Source: Octopus vulgaris (Eukaryota). Taken from it: DNA of 64,000 nt. The stretch is from the NCBI GenBank assembly GCA_951406725.2, contig OX597834.1, positions 6,572,001-6,636,000 on the forward strand. Reading direction: 5' to 3'. Positions 40,640-53,850 of the stretch are shown here, one piece after another (position 1 is the stretch's first letter; each line of letters opens with the position of its first letter). A program made the position numbers and the translations under genes. The notes under the pieces are model-generated. The model made no database searches. It had not been told where the DNA came from and was given only the letters and a program-made list of their open reading frames with translations.

Positions 40640-40932
40640 GTGTGGATATACAACAGGCTTCCTTCAGTTTCTCTCTACCAAATCCACTCATAAGATGTTG
40701 TTCAGACCAAGGCTATAATAGCAGACATTTTCCCACAGTGCAACACATTGGGAATGAACCTGGAACCATGTGGTTGGGAAGCTAGCTTCTTACCACGCAG
40801 CCACACCTGTGTTTGTATATTTTTAGATTGACATTGTAAGACAGGTGTGAGAAGTTGGATCTGGTCAATTTTAACTTATAACAAGTAGAATATTCGGGCC
40901 AGAAATGATTGGATAAAATGCTAAATGGTTAA
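40195..40932. mobile_element. TTAA MITE P2 with nested diverged SINE A (-, ~40305-40808)
   Basis: TTAACCC...GGTTAA ends; body match. Confidence 0.65.
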
Positions 40933-41244
40933 ACACCAGGGGTTCATAAAAGCTGAGCCCAATACAATTCTCTAATAATAAAGCATTTAGCATGTTTCTC
41001 CCCTGAAAGGTAGGTTCTCTGGTATAAGCTGTTCTTGTTAATAATCTTGTATTGGTCTTGTTTCTAAAGCCTAGAACCCTATAACTTAGGTTATGAAATA
41101 CGTTGTCCTTACAGTTCATTCAACTGTGGGTGATGGACCTGCTTCTCTTATTCTCTATGAAAGTGCCTTTGAAATAATTTAATATTTTACCAGGAATTAT
41201 ATATTGAGGAAGGTTTAGAAAAGGAGAGTATGAGGAAGAAAAAT

Positions 41245-41271
41245 AGATGATGATGATGGTGATCATGATGA

Positions 41272-41303
<32 letters not shown>

Positions 41304-41463
41304 CAGATGATGGTGATGATGATGATGATGATGATGATGATGGTGGTGGTGATGATGGTGATGATGATGAGGATGATGATGAGGATGATGATGATGTTGA
41401 TGATGATGATGGTGATGATAATGATGATGATGATGATGATGATGATAGTGATGCAGATGATGG

Positions 41464-41518
<55 letters not shown>

Positions 41519-41519
41519 G

Positions 41520-41550
<31 letters not shown>
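41245..41550. repeat. (GAT)n microsatellite
   Basis: Directly visible. Confidence 0.95.
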
Positions 41551-41551
<1 letters not shown>

Positions 41552-41664
41552 AGAGATAAAGAGGAAGAGCACAATGAAGACATTGTTTTTGTTATTGATG
41601 TTCTTGAAGTAACAATGATAAGGGATAAGAAATATATTCTGCCGGTTTCTCCAAATCCCTTACT

Positions 41665-41985
41665 CATCATCATTGTTTGACCGTGGTCGAGACAATGGAA
41701 TTTACTATGTCATGCCAGATTTCACGGTCCATCATAGCATTACGGAGGTCCTGTTGCTGGATGCCTGTATCCCTGGAGATTACATCAGGGTAGGAAAGTG
41801 TGCGCCCTCTAGTACCCCAAGCATATGGCTTCCAGAGCAGAAGAGTAGAAATTACCTCGTTTTCAGCTCTACAACAATGTCCAGCAAACTGGACTCTTCT
41901 ACCTTTCACAAGAGATGATACAGGTGGTAATTCCCCATATATTTGTACTTTGGTTGGATGACGCTTCCACGAGAGATTTTGAGCC
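41665..41985 (-). mobile_element. RTE-clade LINE 3' fragment
   Basis: ORF 41670-41987: SWKRHPT...RRVQFAGHCCR...LLWKP...DTG...AMMDREIW, typical RTE C-terminus; (ATG)n tail. Confidence 0.85.
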
Positions 41986-42793
41986 ATTATTAGCCATTTG
42001 AAAAGACTGTGGAATTTACAATCCCTTACTACTCCACCATCACCACCATTATCATCATCATGTTCATCCTCCTCTGCCTCCTCATTATCACATCATCATT
42101 AATATAACAGGTCGTTAAATTTGGTTGTGAATTTCCCCCTCCCCAAAAGTTTTCCTTTTAGTGTCTTTACTTTTTTCCGTTTTTCTCATTTTCAATAAAA
42201 GCCGAACACAAGACACTCACAAATATCACTACAAACAATTGAAAAGCCAAAAGTTTAGAACAGTCACACACATTCACAGACTTTTCTTGACATTACACCT
42301 TGTCTGACTGAAATTCCAAGAAATTCCAAAGAAATCAAAAGCTTTGTAGTCAGTGACCAAACTGCTCCAAGCATCTCAGATTCCACAGGAGAAACAATGA
42401 AAGGTAGCAAACTGGCAAAGTTGTTAGAGAATCAAACTAGATACCTTGTAGTATTTGTTCTGAATATCTAGACTCTTGAGTTCAAATCTCTGTATGGTCA
42501 AATTTGTTTTTTATTCTTTCAGGGTCGGCAAAAGACTCCAGTCGAGATCGGTGGATTGGCGAAATTGTCAGAGGTTTGTGGTACTCGGTTTTTTGTGTGT
42601 TCTGCATTTCGAAATCCCATCTAGATCCCCATTATAAGTGAAGTAAGTTTTTGCAGGTGGGTTAAGGACACTGTCACCTGTCCCAAGAGAACATTAAACC
42701 CAAAGGAGTTTTTGTCTTTATTGAGTATGTACAATCTTAGGACATGAAGTGCTCAACAGATAACAATGACAAAGAGAGCAATGATAATGATGA

Positions 42794-42825
<32 letters not shown>

Positions 42826-43213
42826 ATGATGCTGTTATTGGATGAATACAACAATGGAGACGATGACAATGATGGTTGAGGATGATGATGATAATTATGA
42901 AGATGATTATGGTACGATGATGGTGATGACAATTTTGATGTCATGATGATGGTGATAATGATGAGAAGGGTGAGGCGGTTCAGGATGAGGATGAGAATTT
43001 CAATGATGATAACGATGAAGATGATAGCATGGTGATGAGGATGATGATGATGATGATGGCATCTTGATGATGGTGATGATTATGAGGAAGAGTAGGAAGA
43101 GGTTCAAGATGAGGAAGATAACGGCAATTTCGATGATGGTGACAACGATGACGATGACAAGCATGAAGGCGACGATGATATGATGTCGACGGTGACCACG
43201 ACAACGAATTTAC

Positions 43214-43252
43214 CTGTGATTAGTAATGCTTCCGTGACCTTCTCCGTTCACT
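43214..43252 (-). CDS. Candidate 39-nt cassette exon of an unidentified host gene (VNGEGHGSITNH)
   Basis: TTACTTGTTAG|AGTG...CACAG|GTAAAT; ~146-nt AG-free pyrimidine-rich zone with CTACTAAT branch-like motif; one open frame; length divisible by 3. Confidence 0.4.
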
Positions 43253-43791
43253 CTAACAAGTAAGTAAAAATAGAGTTGAAAAGAACCGCCAAACAACGAC
43301 AACAACAAGAATAATAAAAATGAAAATAAAAATAAAAACAACAAGTAAATCAGTAAAAAAAAAGTGTGATATTAGTAGAATTAAATAACGAAGACGGTTA
43401 CTAGCCATGTTTAACTAAAAGACTAACTTGTACTTGACTAGTCTAACAACAACACTTTCGTAAATATCTCTCTTAAGCTAATGTGCCAAACACATTGAAC
43501 TTCTGGCTTTTCTCAATGCTGTTCTTGTTGTTGTTGCTGGCTTTCTTTTTACTTTCACTTTCTGTTTTGATCTGATTTATTTGTTACATTTTATATATAT
43601 ATATATATATATATACATAAACACACACACACACATGTGTATATATGTATATATATATATATATATAAATATATATGTATATATATATGTATATATATAT
43701 ATATACATAAACACACACACACGTGTATATATATGTATATATATATATATATATATACATAAACACACACACACATGTGTATATATAGATA

Positions 43792-43832
<41 letters not shown>

Positions 43833-43843
43833 GTATCTATGTA

Positions 43844-43890
<47 letters not shown>

Positions 43891-43992
43891 TTCGGTAGTC
43901 TTACGTTTTGGCATTTTACTTGTTTTTTTTAATATTTTTGTTGCACTTTTTTTTCTTTTTTCTTTACCTTTTATTCTCTCTTTAATCTGTGC

Positions 43993-44028
<36 letters not shown>

Positions 44029-44744
44029 GTGCATGCATGTGTATGTCAGTGCGTGTGTCTATGTGAAAGTGGACGCATCAGTGTGTAAGTATGCGTGTGT
44101 GTGTGCGTATGTGTGTGTGTGTGTGCGTATGTGTGTGTGTGTGTGTATGTCGCTCTATTCTCTTTTCTTTGTTCATTTCTGTAATTTTTTCTTTTTTTTT
44201 TTTACCATTTCCCGCCCCCCCCCCCCCCACTCGTTTTCTTGTTTCTTTCACTCGTCAAGCTAATCTTTCTGCTAAATTGGTTATCGATTAGACAATGTAA
44301 ACAAAAAGTAACTTTGGAAAACATTTCTTCAAAATATGGTATCAGTGGTTAGGGTGGTGATGCCGGTGGTGATGGTGAAGGTGATAGGTCTGGTGGCGGT
44401 GGCGGTGGTGGTGGTTGTGGTGGTAATGCTAATGTCGATGGTATTAGTGGTTTGGCGGTGCAAATAACGATGATGGTGATGATGATAATTGTACTGGTAG
44501 CGATGGTAATAATGGGAAAAAATGAGGATATTGGTGTTGGAAGGGTGTTGTCAGTGGTGGTGGCCATTGTAGTAAAGAGGATAATGGCGGTGGCAGTTGT
44601 GGTGGCGGCGGCGATGGTGACGGTAACAATGATGAGGCTGATGATGATGATGATGGCAGGTATAACAATGGTGTTGGTGGTAATGATGCTGTTAATGATG
44701 ATGGTGGTTGTGGTACTAATGATGACACCAATGTTAAGGGTAAA

Positions 44745-44756
44745 TATAATAATAAT

Positions 44757-44815
<59 letters not shown>

Positions 44816-44817
44816 TA

Positions 44818-44849
<32 letters not shown>

Positions 44850-44850
44850 G

Positions 44851-44908
<58 letters not shown>

Positions 44909-44931
44909 TAATAATGATAATAATAATAATG

Positions 44932-45001
<70 letters not shown>

Positions 45002-45362
45002 ATGTGTTGAGAGGATTTCTTAGAGGTTTGGATAATTCACCTTTGGAAACATGGGTGTTTCGTTCAACATCCTTAAACCACCCTTATTCAGAGACCTTTT
45101 GAGCGGGATGGGTTACTCGACCTGAAGAAAATTCTAACTGGGCCCCACCTGCAAGGTCATGCACTGTTTATCTTGATATGAGATCACCATGTCGTGCACA
45201 TATGGTTGTGATGCATGTGCCTAGTGTACCCTTATCAGACGGGTAGTCATGATGGGTATACTGGGCTTCGTATATTTTACCCCAGTGTCACTTTGATGAC
45301 ATGCACTGCTCTCCCACTCAATAGTAATAATAATAATAATAACAATAATAATAATAATAGTG

Positions 45363-45398
<36 letters not shown>

Positions 45399-45400
45399 CA
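44745..45400 (+). mobile_element. (TAA)n array containing a ~325-bp retroposon 3' end (44996-45321), probably R4/Dong-related
   Basis: Same element at 58094-58428, also in (TAA)n; starts with SHVLRGFL, resembling the R4 ORF end AHILRRTL. Confidence 0.65.
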
Positions 45401-45494
45401 TTACATGGACTAGTCCTTTCCTTCTCCCTAAATTTTTTACCTCTTGGCCCTTGTTGTTTGTCCTTTATTTGTTTTTATTTTTGATTTGCCTGTA

Positions 45495-45995
45495 TATCCT
45501 TTTATTTCCTTCAGTCATTTGACTGTGGCCATGCTGGAGCATCACCTTGAAGGGTTTAAGTCAAACAAATCAGCCCCAGGATTTATACTTTGTAAGCCTA
45601 ATACTTATTCTATTGATCTCTTTTGCTAAACTGCTAAGTTACAGGGATGTAAAAACACCAACACCAGTTGTCAAGCAGTAATAGGGGGACAAGCACAAAG
45701 ACACACACACACACACATATATATACACACACATGATGGGCTTCTTTCAGTTTCCATCAAGCAAATCTGCCGAGGTCGACTTTACCTTTCATTCTTTCGG
45801 GGGTCGATTAAATAAGTACCAGTTATGCACTGGGGTTGATATAATCGACTTAATCCATTTGTCTGTCCTTGTTTGTCCCCCCTGTGTTTAGCCCCTTGTG
45901 GGTAGTAAAGAAATAGGTAATAAGGGGACAAGCACAAAGACACACATGCACACACATGCACACACACACACACACACATATATATATACATACAT

Positions 45996-46066
<71 letters not shown>

Positions 46067-46817
46067 CACACATGACGGGCTTCTTTCAGTTTCCATCAAC
46101 CAAATCCACTGACAAGGCTATAGTAAAAGACACTTTCCCAAGGCACCACACAGTGAGACTGAACCCGGAACCATGTGGTTGGGAAGCAAGCTCCTTGCCA
46201 CACAGCCATGCCTGTGCTTGCACACAGTTATTCTGCGGCCATGTAACAGCATGTGTGGCTTTGTCAAACTTTCTCTTCCTTCCCGCTAGGCTTTTACCTC
46301 TTTCTCCTTTCTAATGAAAACCCATGCGCAAAATGTCACACCCTTTTTTTCATTTTTTACCAACTTAAACTTCCTTTAAGCATCAACCTGATACATTCAT
46401 CGCATATACACTCTTTTGACTTTTCTCTTTTACTCTCTTTTACTTGTTTTAGTCATTTGACTGCGGCCATGCTGGAGCACCGCCTTTAGTCGAGCAAATT
46501 GACCCCGGGACTTATTCTTTGTAAGCCCAGTACTTATTCTATCGGTCTCTTTTGCCGAACCGCTAAGTTACGGGGATGTAAACACACCAGCATCGGTTGT
46601 CAAGCAATGCTAGGGGGACAAACACAGACACACAAACATATACACACACATACATATATACGACAGGCTTCTTTCAGTTTCCGTCTACCAAATCCACTCA
46701 CAAGGCATTGGTCGGCCCGGGGCTATAGCAGAAGACATTTGCCCAAGATGCCACACAGTGGGACTGAACCCGGAACCATGTGGTTGGTAAGCAAGCTACT
46801 TACCAAACAGCCACTCT
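45495..46817 (-). mobile_element. Cluster of SINE A copies/fragments (full copy 46424-46817) with a SINE B fragment (+, 45769-45918)
   Basis: Sequence match. Confidence 0.8.
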
Positions 46818-47361
46818 TGTTTTTATTTTTGTTTTTTATTTGCCTTTTATTAGTATATCTACTGGAGGTATGTAACTGAAATGCAAGTTAGCCCTTTATT
46901 TTCGCCACCTCTCACATCCTTCTTCTGCGAATTGTACCTCACCTTATCTTTTATATTTCATTAACAGCCTTTCTGAAGCTACAGAAGAGAACTAGCTTAC
47001 ACCTGATATCACATCTTACAATAGTTATTGCTCTGAAATAAGGAAATAAGGAAATAGAAAAAGATAGAAAGTGAGAGAGAAAGAGAGAGAGAGAGAGACT
47101 GACAGGGAAAGAGGGATGTTTACTGGCAGGTGAGAGTATCATCTGGTTTGCTTGTTGTATTATTGTCTAAACGATATTTCCTTCATATAGGATGACATCA
47201 CCTGATATCAACTGGTTACAATGTGCAGCACAGGACTTTCTACATGGTCGCCCAAATAGCTAGAAATAGCAATCAAATCACCTTCAAATCACACCATATG
47301 TAATGAAGATATAAAACGGATTGCCACAACTGCAATTCTTTACACCAGATAATTTTTGATC

Positions 47362-47973
47362 AGCTCTTTAGATTCAGATTCCTCGGTCAAATGTAATAAT
47401 TAATTACTCACATTGCTTTGAATTAACCATGTATTATCTTGTAGCTTTGAGATTTCAATGATATGATTACTCTTTTACTTGTTTCAGTCATTTTCACTGG
47501 CCATGCTGGAGCACCGCCTTTAGTCAAGGAAATTGATCCCAGGACTTATTCTTTGTAATCCTAATACTTATTCTATTGGTCTCTTTTGCCGAACCGCTAA
47601 GTTATGGAGACATAAACACACCAGCATCGGTTGTCAAGTGATACACAAACACACACACATATATATACATATACATATATAGGATGGGCTCCTTTCAGTT
47701 TCCATCAACCAAATCCACTCACAAGGCTTTGGTTGGCCTGAGGCTATAGTAGAAGACACTTACTTGCCAAAGGTGCCACGCAGTGGAACTGAACCCAGAA
47801 CCATGTGGTTTGTAAGCATCTACTTAATACACGGCCACTCCTGTGCCTATGATTGTTCATTTTTACAATGACATTGTAGGGTAAGTGTGAGAGGCCGGAT
47901 CTTGCCAGTTTTGAATATAAAGCAAGTAGAATATTTGAGCGAGATATGGCTGATTTAAATAGAAAATGGTTAA
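47362..47973. mobile_element. TTAA MITE P2 with nested SINE A (-, 47469-47847)
   Basis: SINE flanked by TATGATT direct repeat (47462-47468, 47848-47854). Confidence 0.75.
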
Positions 47974-48149
47974 GGCAAAAGTAGGCCAAGATACCACTAG
48001 AAAGACAGGAGAGTCAAAGTTGGATTGGCTTTCATTTTAGGTCATTTTTGCTATAACCATCTGTCTCATTTAACACTAGTTTGTCTCCGCAGATCATTTC
48101 CTGTGATGTATGATACTGTTTGTGGTTGAGTTTCAGGGATGGCTGTTGT

Positions 48150-49440
48150 TTAACCCTTTCGTTACTGTATTTATTTTGAGGGGTTCTGTGTTTCTTTCAA
48201 TTACTTTAAATATAAAAATGAATTTTAGTGAAATAACTTAGTTATCATTAAGTTGGTGTTAGGAACATAAATTGTGACTAAGGTTTGGTGGAAGATTTTA
48301 ATTCAAAACTTATGAAAATAAGGCATTTGTACTACAGAGCCAGAGGTGGTTTCAGCCAGGTTGGTAACGAAAGGGTTAAGAAGCTTTCTTTGTAAGCATG
48401 TGATCCCAGTTTTAGTATATTGAATGGTATCATGGCTTAGTATCTTTAACCCTTTCGTTACCAACCCGGCTAAAACCCCCTCTGGCTCTGTAGTACAAAT
48501 GTCTTGTTTTCATAAGTTTTTAATTAAAATCTTCCACCAAACCTTAGTCACAATTTATGTTCCTAACTCTAGCTTAATGATAACTAAGTTATTTCACTAA
48601 ATTCTTTGTTATATTTAAAATTAATTGAAAAAAACACAGAGCATCTCAACAGAAATATGGTAACAAAAGGGTTAAGAAGAAAAATAATCAGCAGAAGACA
48701 TGAGAGAAGGAGACCTCAATGTGATCACTCTATATGCTAGAAATAATAGCCTAAATTTCCTTCAATCCACACGCTTACATCTACTTCTAATGTGCATCTG
48801 CCCAAATGTAAAGGCGTGTTTAACCCTTTTGATACCAACCCGGCTAAATCCACCTCTGGCTATGTAGTACAAATGTTTTGTTTTCAAAAGGTTTGAATTA
48901 AAATCTTCCACCAAACCTTAGTCACAATTTATGTTCCTAACACTAGCTGAATGATAACTAAGTTATTTCACTAAATTCTTTGTTATATTTAAAATAATTG
49001 AAAGAAACACAGAGCATCCCAATAGAATTATAGTAATGAAAGGGTTAAGTCATGGCTAAAATTGAAACAGAGCTAATTAGGTCTGAAGAAGTAATCAAAT
49101 TCTTAGAACTCCAAATACAGAATTATGTAAAACCTTTAGTATTAATATAACTCAACTAACAAATAAGATCAGTTGAACCCAGTTGATTATCTTAAGGTAT
49201 ATCTCATCCCCTTAACCCTTTCCTTACCAACCTGGCTGAAACCGGCTCTAGCTCTGAGTACAAATGTCTTGTTTTCATAAGTTTTGAATTAAAATCTTCC
49301 ACCAAACCTTAGTCACAAGTTATGTTCCTAAAACTAGCTGAATGATAACCAAGTTATTTTGTTAAATTCTTTGTTATATTTAGAATTAATTGAAAGAAAC
49401 ACAGAGTATCTTACAATAAATAAGGTAACGAAAGGGTTAA
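48150..49440. mobile_element. Four piggyBac-type MITE P1 copies (48150-48379, 48446-48675, 48820-49048, 49212-49440)
   Basis: ~229 bp each including TTAA TSDs, CCCTTT termini; first copy inverted relative to the others. Confidence 0.9.
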
Positions 49441-50111
49441 ACCACGTCAGGCTCACCCTATATTTGATTCTCGTAAAAACCAGACACCAATTACAGTGAG
49501 CATAATAACAAATATGATTCCTTTCTTATAATAATAACAACAATAATAATAATAACCATAATAATAATAATGATGATAAAAACAATAATAATAATAACCA
49601 TAATAATAATAATAACAACAATAATAATAATAACAATAATAATAATAATGATGATAATAATAATGATAATAATAATAATGACGATGATGATGACGTTATC
49701 TTATTATCAGTAACTATTATTAACACATTAGTTAAGCATTTTAGGATAACTTAAACACCATGAAAGTTATGTGTTTGTTACTGATCTTGCTATAACATTA
49801 GTCTTATCACAGAGAATATAAAATGTTGCTTCCATTAGAAACAAAATGAAGGGTTGAAATACTGCGTTACTAAAAGAAGCGGTAAACAGAAAGCTTTCAG
49901 TGTTTTTTTTTACCTCATTGCTTTTTTTTTTGTTTTTGTTTTGTTTTATCTCTATTCCTGTTTTTATGTCGATATATTTTTTAATAACTTTCTATATAAC
50001 GATAAAAAAAAAAAAAGGAAAAGAAAAAAAATCAAATTGCATATTTTCAAAGGCAAAAAGAGAATAAAAAAAAATAATACTGAAAGACCATCATGATATA
50101 GCAACATAAAT

Positions 50112-50170
<59 letters not shown>

Positions 50171-51068
50171 ACATTAGTATATATATATGGTGAATCTTTG
50201 CATCTGCATTTATATTTACATACATAAATGCATACACATTTATATGCATACATAAACACACTTATTTATATGTATACATATATATGTATGTATGTGCATA
50301 ATTATTTATATGCATATATATATGTATATATATACATATATATATTATGTATTATAATTATTATTTATATGTATATATATTTATAATATATAATAATTAT
50401 TTATATGTATATATATATATATGTATATATATTTCATATGTGTATGCATAATTTAGATTTATATACATACATGTACACATACACACGAATAATATGCACA
50501 CATACGCACATTTATATATATACACATATACATTAGAAATTTTATGACCATTTACAAAGTTCATGCTAATGCTATGGCTAATTAATTAATTTATAAGTTG
50601 TTTTTATTACCTGCTGCAACTAGGACATAATAATGTATAGTTTTATGACTTCAGTAAAAATTACAACAACAACAACAATAATAATGATAATAATAGGAAC
50701 AGCAACAACAGAGGAGGACAGCAACAAAAAATAATTCCCCTTGCAAGCGAGCCAAAAACAAAACAAAAAAAAACAGGAAAAAAACAGCATTAAAAAAAAC
50801 AGGTAAAAACAGCATTAAAAAAAACAACAACAAACAGTTTCATCAACAAACAAAACAATAGAACATCGACATCAACATGAAAAAGAAAAATATCTTTGAC
50901 TGTATCAGAAGCTTTTAAATTAAAACTCTTTAAGCAAAATGTTATTGAAAATTAAAAGCTAAAAGCTGTTAGAGTTATTAAGATCTCTGTGTAGCTTGCT
51001 CTAACTCAACTAGAATATATTTCCTCGCTTAATGTTGGTGGTGGAGTACTTTAGCTTCACATCTGGCA

Positions 51069-51835
51069 CTAGACAGGTCTTGTTTTTTTTTTTGGTTAAG
51101 GTTACTGATTGTGCTGTGTGTAGTGATGCTATTTTGGAAGTTTCCAGCGTGCATGCGCAGAGGTGGATTACTTCTGGTAGGCTGCCGGAAGTTCCCTCAT
51201 GCAACAGAAAGATTTCCCGCTAGACGTGGGCCTTTTTCTTGGTTAAAGTTACTGTTTGTGCTGTGTGTAGTGACGCTATTTTCGGAAGTTTTCAGCACGC
51301 ATGCGCAGAGCTGGATTACTTCTGGTAGGCTGCCGGAAGTTCCCTCATGCAACAGAAAGATTTCCCACTAGACGTGGGCCTTTTTCTTGGTTAATGTTAC
51401 TGTTTGTGCTGCGTGTAGTGACGCTATTTTGGGAAGTTTCCAGCGTGCATGCGCAGAGCTGGATTACTTCTGGTAGGCTGCCGGAAGTTCCCTCATGCAA
51501 CAGAAAGATTTCCCGCTAGACGTGGGCCTTTTTTTTGGTTAAGGTTACTGTTTGTGCTGTGTGTAGTGACGCTATTTTTCGAAGATTCCAGTGTGCATGG
51601 ACAGAGTTGGATTACTTCTGGTAGGCTGCTGGAAGTTCCCTCATGCAACAGAAAGATTTCCCGCTAGACAGGTCTTTTTTTTTGGTTAAGGTTACTGTTT
51701 GTGCTGTGTGTAGTGATGCTATTTTGGGAAGTTTCCAGCGTTCATGCACAGAGCTGGATTACTTCTGGTAGGCTGCCGGAAGTTCCCTCATGTGCATGCG
51801 CAAAGAACTGCCAACAGAAGGTTTTCCCGCTAGAT
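51069..51835. repeat. Tandem array of ~5 units, period 148 bp, with ETS, NRF1-like and E2F motifs
   Basis: CTAGA unit starts at 51069, 51220, 51368, 51516, 51664, 51830; CCGGAAGT, GCATGCGCA and TTTCCCGC in most units. Confidence 0.92.
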
Positions 51836-52680
51836 CTGTCTTTTTGTATCTGCAGCCCTATCAAGTGGACACGGCTCAACCTTCTCTCAAGGAAAACCCA
51901 ACTCGCAGAGAAGCCCCCTTTTACGCGGAAACGGAGACAGCATTTTGTTAACTTTTATGAATAGTTTTACAGACTTGGCTACCGGTTTTCCCTGAAGAAA
52001 ATATATGTGTATATATATTTTATTTGTGAATCCATACAAAATAAAGTATTATTTATTACTGTTGAAGATAGTCAAAGTTTTGGTTTTCCTTTTGACACAA
52101 TTTGAATGTAACAGGGATAAGACCGACACCCCTCAAGTGATCCAGAGACCTTCATCCTGTTACGTGTGTTTCTTACATGTTTGGTATCTGTTTTATCTAT
52201 AAGGCCCTGAACTTTAATATAAATTAATTGGCAGAGTTTCTTGGTGGGTAACTATAGATTTGTAAAGTCAAACAGCAAAGTTTTCTTATGTATCTTGTTG
52301 CAGAAATGATAATTCTGTTTGTTTCTAACAGTGACCCGAGATCAGAAATTTAGGGTGAAGGACTAGTTAATAACATCACTCCTAGAACTTCCCTTAATTT
52401 TACTTTACTTATCAGACATAGAAAAATAAAAGGTACAGTTGGCCCCATCGGAACTTGAACTCAGAACATAAAGCTAGAAGACATGCCACTAAATATTTCA
52501 TCCAACATCCAATTGATCCTGCCAGATCACTAAATAATGATAACGATAATAATGGTTTCAAATTTTGGCACAAGGCCAGGAATTTTGTGGGGAGGGGTTT
52601 AAGTTGATTACATCGACCCCAGTAGAAAGAGTAGAGCAGAGTTCACCCCCCCCCGCCAGAGCCTCATAGATCTTAGGTGC

Positions 52681-53850
52681 TTTTGCCCAATAAACACTCA
52701 CAATGCCCGGTCTTAGAATTGAAACCGTGTTCTTACGACCACGAGTCCGCTGCCCTAACCACTAGACCATTGCGCCTCCACTCTTGTTGCTGTTTCTGTT
52801 TGGGGGCCTGCTGCTGGTGGTGCTGCTGTTGTGATGAAGGTGTTGGCAGCAGAGGAGTCTTCCTTCCTTTTTTGTAGTGAATGCAAAAGTACTTAGATGG
52901 TTTGTTTGCATCCACACATCATCATCATCATCATTGTTTAACGTCTACTTTACATGCAGACATGGAGCTGACTAACAGGGAGCTGTCCAAGCTCCAACTG
53001 TCTGTTGTGAGATGGTTTCTATGGCTGGATGTCCTTCCTAATGCCAAACATTTAACAGAATGTGCTGGGTGCTAAGTGGTTGGCATGAGGAAGGGCATCC
53101 AGCCATAGAAACTATGCCAGGAAATTTCAACCTTCTGTCCTAAAGTAGTTGCAAAACTGAAAACCATTTGGGATGGCCTCTGTGACATCTTGTTGTGTTT
53201 GGAAAAATAGTTCCATCCCTGTGCCTGAAAATTTTTCCATTCCCAATCTCCAGAAGATTTCTTTAATTTTCTGTGTCGTATGTTACACCTGGCACAAGCA
53301 AGAAGGTATTTACTTCAGGTGGTACCTCAGCTGCTTTTAATTTTTATTGGTCAAGGTATGCATTAAATCAAGTGGAGTTCAGGTAATTTAATATTGTCAA
53401 ATATTCGTTTGTGTGTTTAGTTTGAAACATTTTCTTGAATGAGCCAAAATATCACAGCTTTTGAGCTCCAGCTTGGTTAGGGTTAGGGTTAGGGTTAAAA
53501 TAGAAACCATCCCACAATAGACAGTTGGAGCTTGGACAGCTCCCTGCTAGCCAGCTCCATGTCTGCATGTAAAGTAGATGTTAAACAATGATGATGATGA
53601 TGATGATGATGATGTGGGGATGCAAACAAACCATCTAAGTACTTTTGCATTCACTACAAAAAAGGAAGGAAGACTCCTCTGCTGCCAACACCTTCATCAC
53701 AACTGCAGCACCACCAGCAGCAGACCCCCAAACAGCAACAGCAACAAAAGTGGAGGCGCAATGATCTAGTGGTTAGGGCAGCGGACTCGCGATTGTAAGA
53801 ACGCAGTTTCAATTCCCAGACCGGGCATTGTGAGTGTTTATTGAGCAAAA
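52681..53850. repeat. Inverted repeat, arms 52681-53021 and 53500-53850
   Basis: Arms include SINE C head, unique sequence and RTE-type tail in mirror order. Confidence 0.88.

Noticed and set aside
51069-51835. Possible CRISPR array
   Set aside because: Whole 148-bp units repeat with no unique spacers; eukaryotic context; no cas genes
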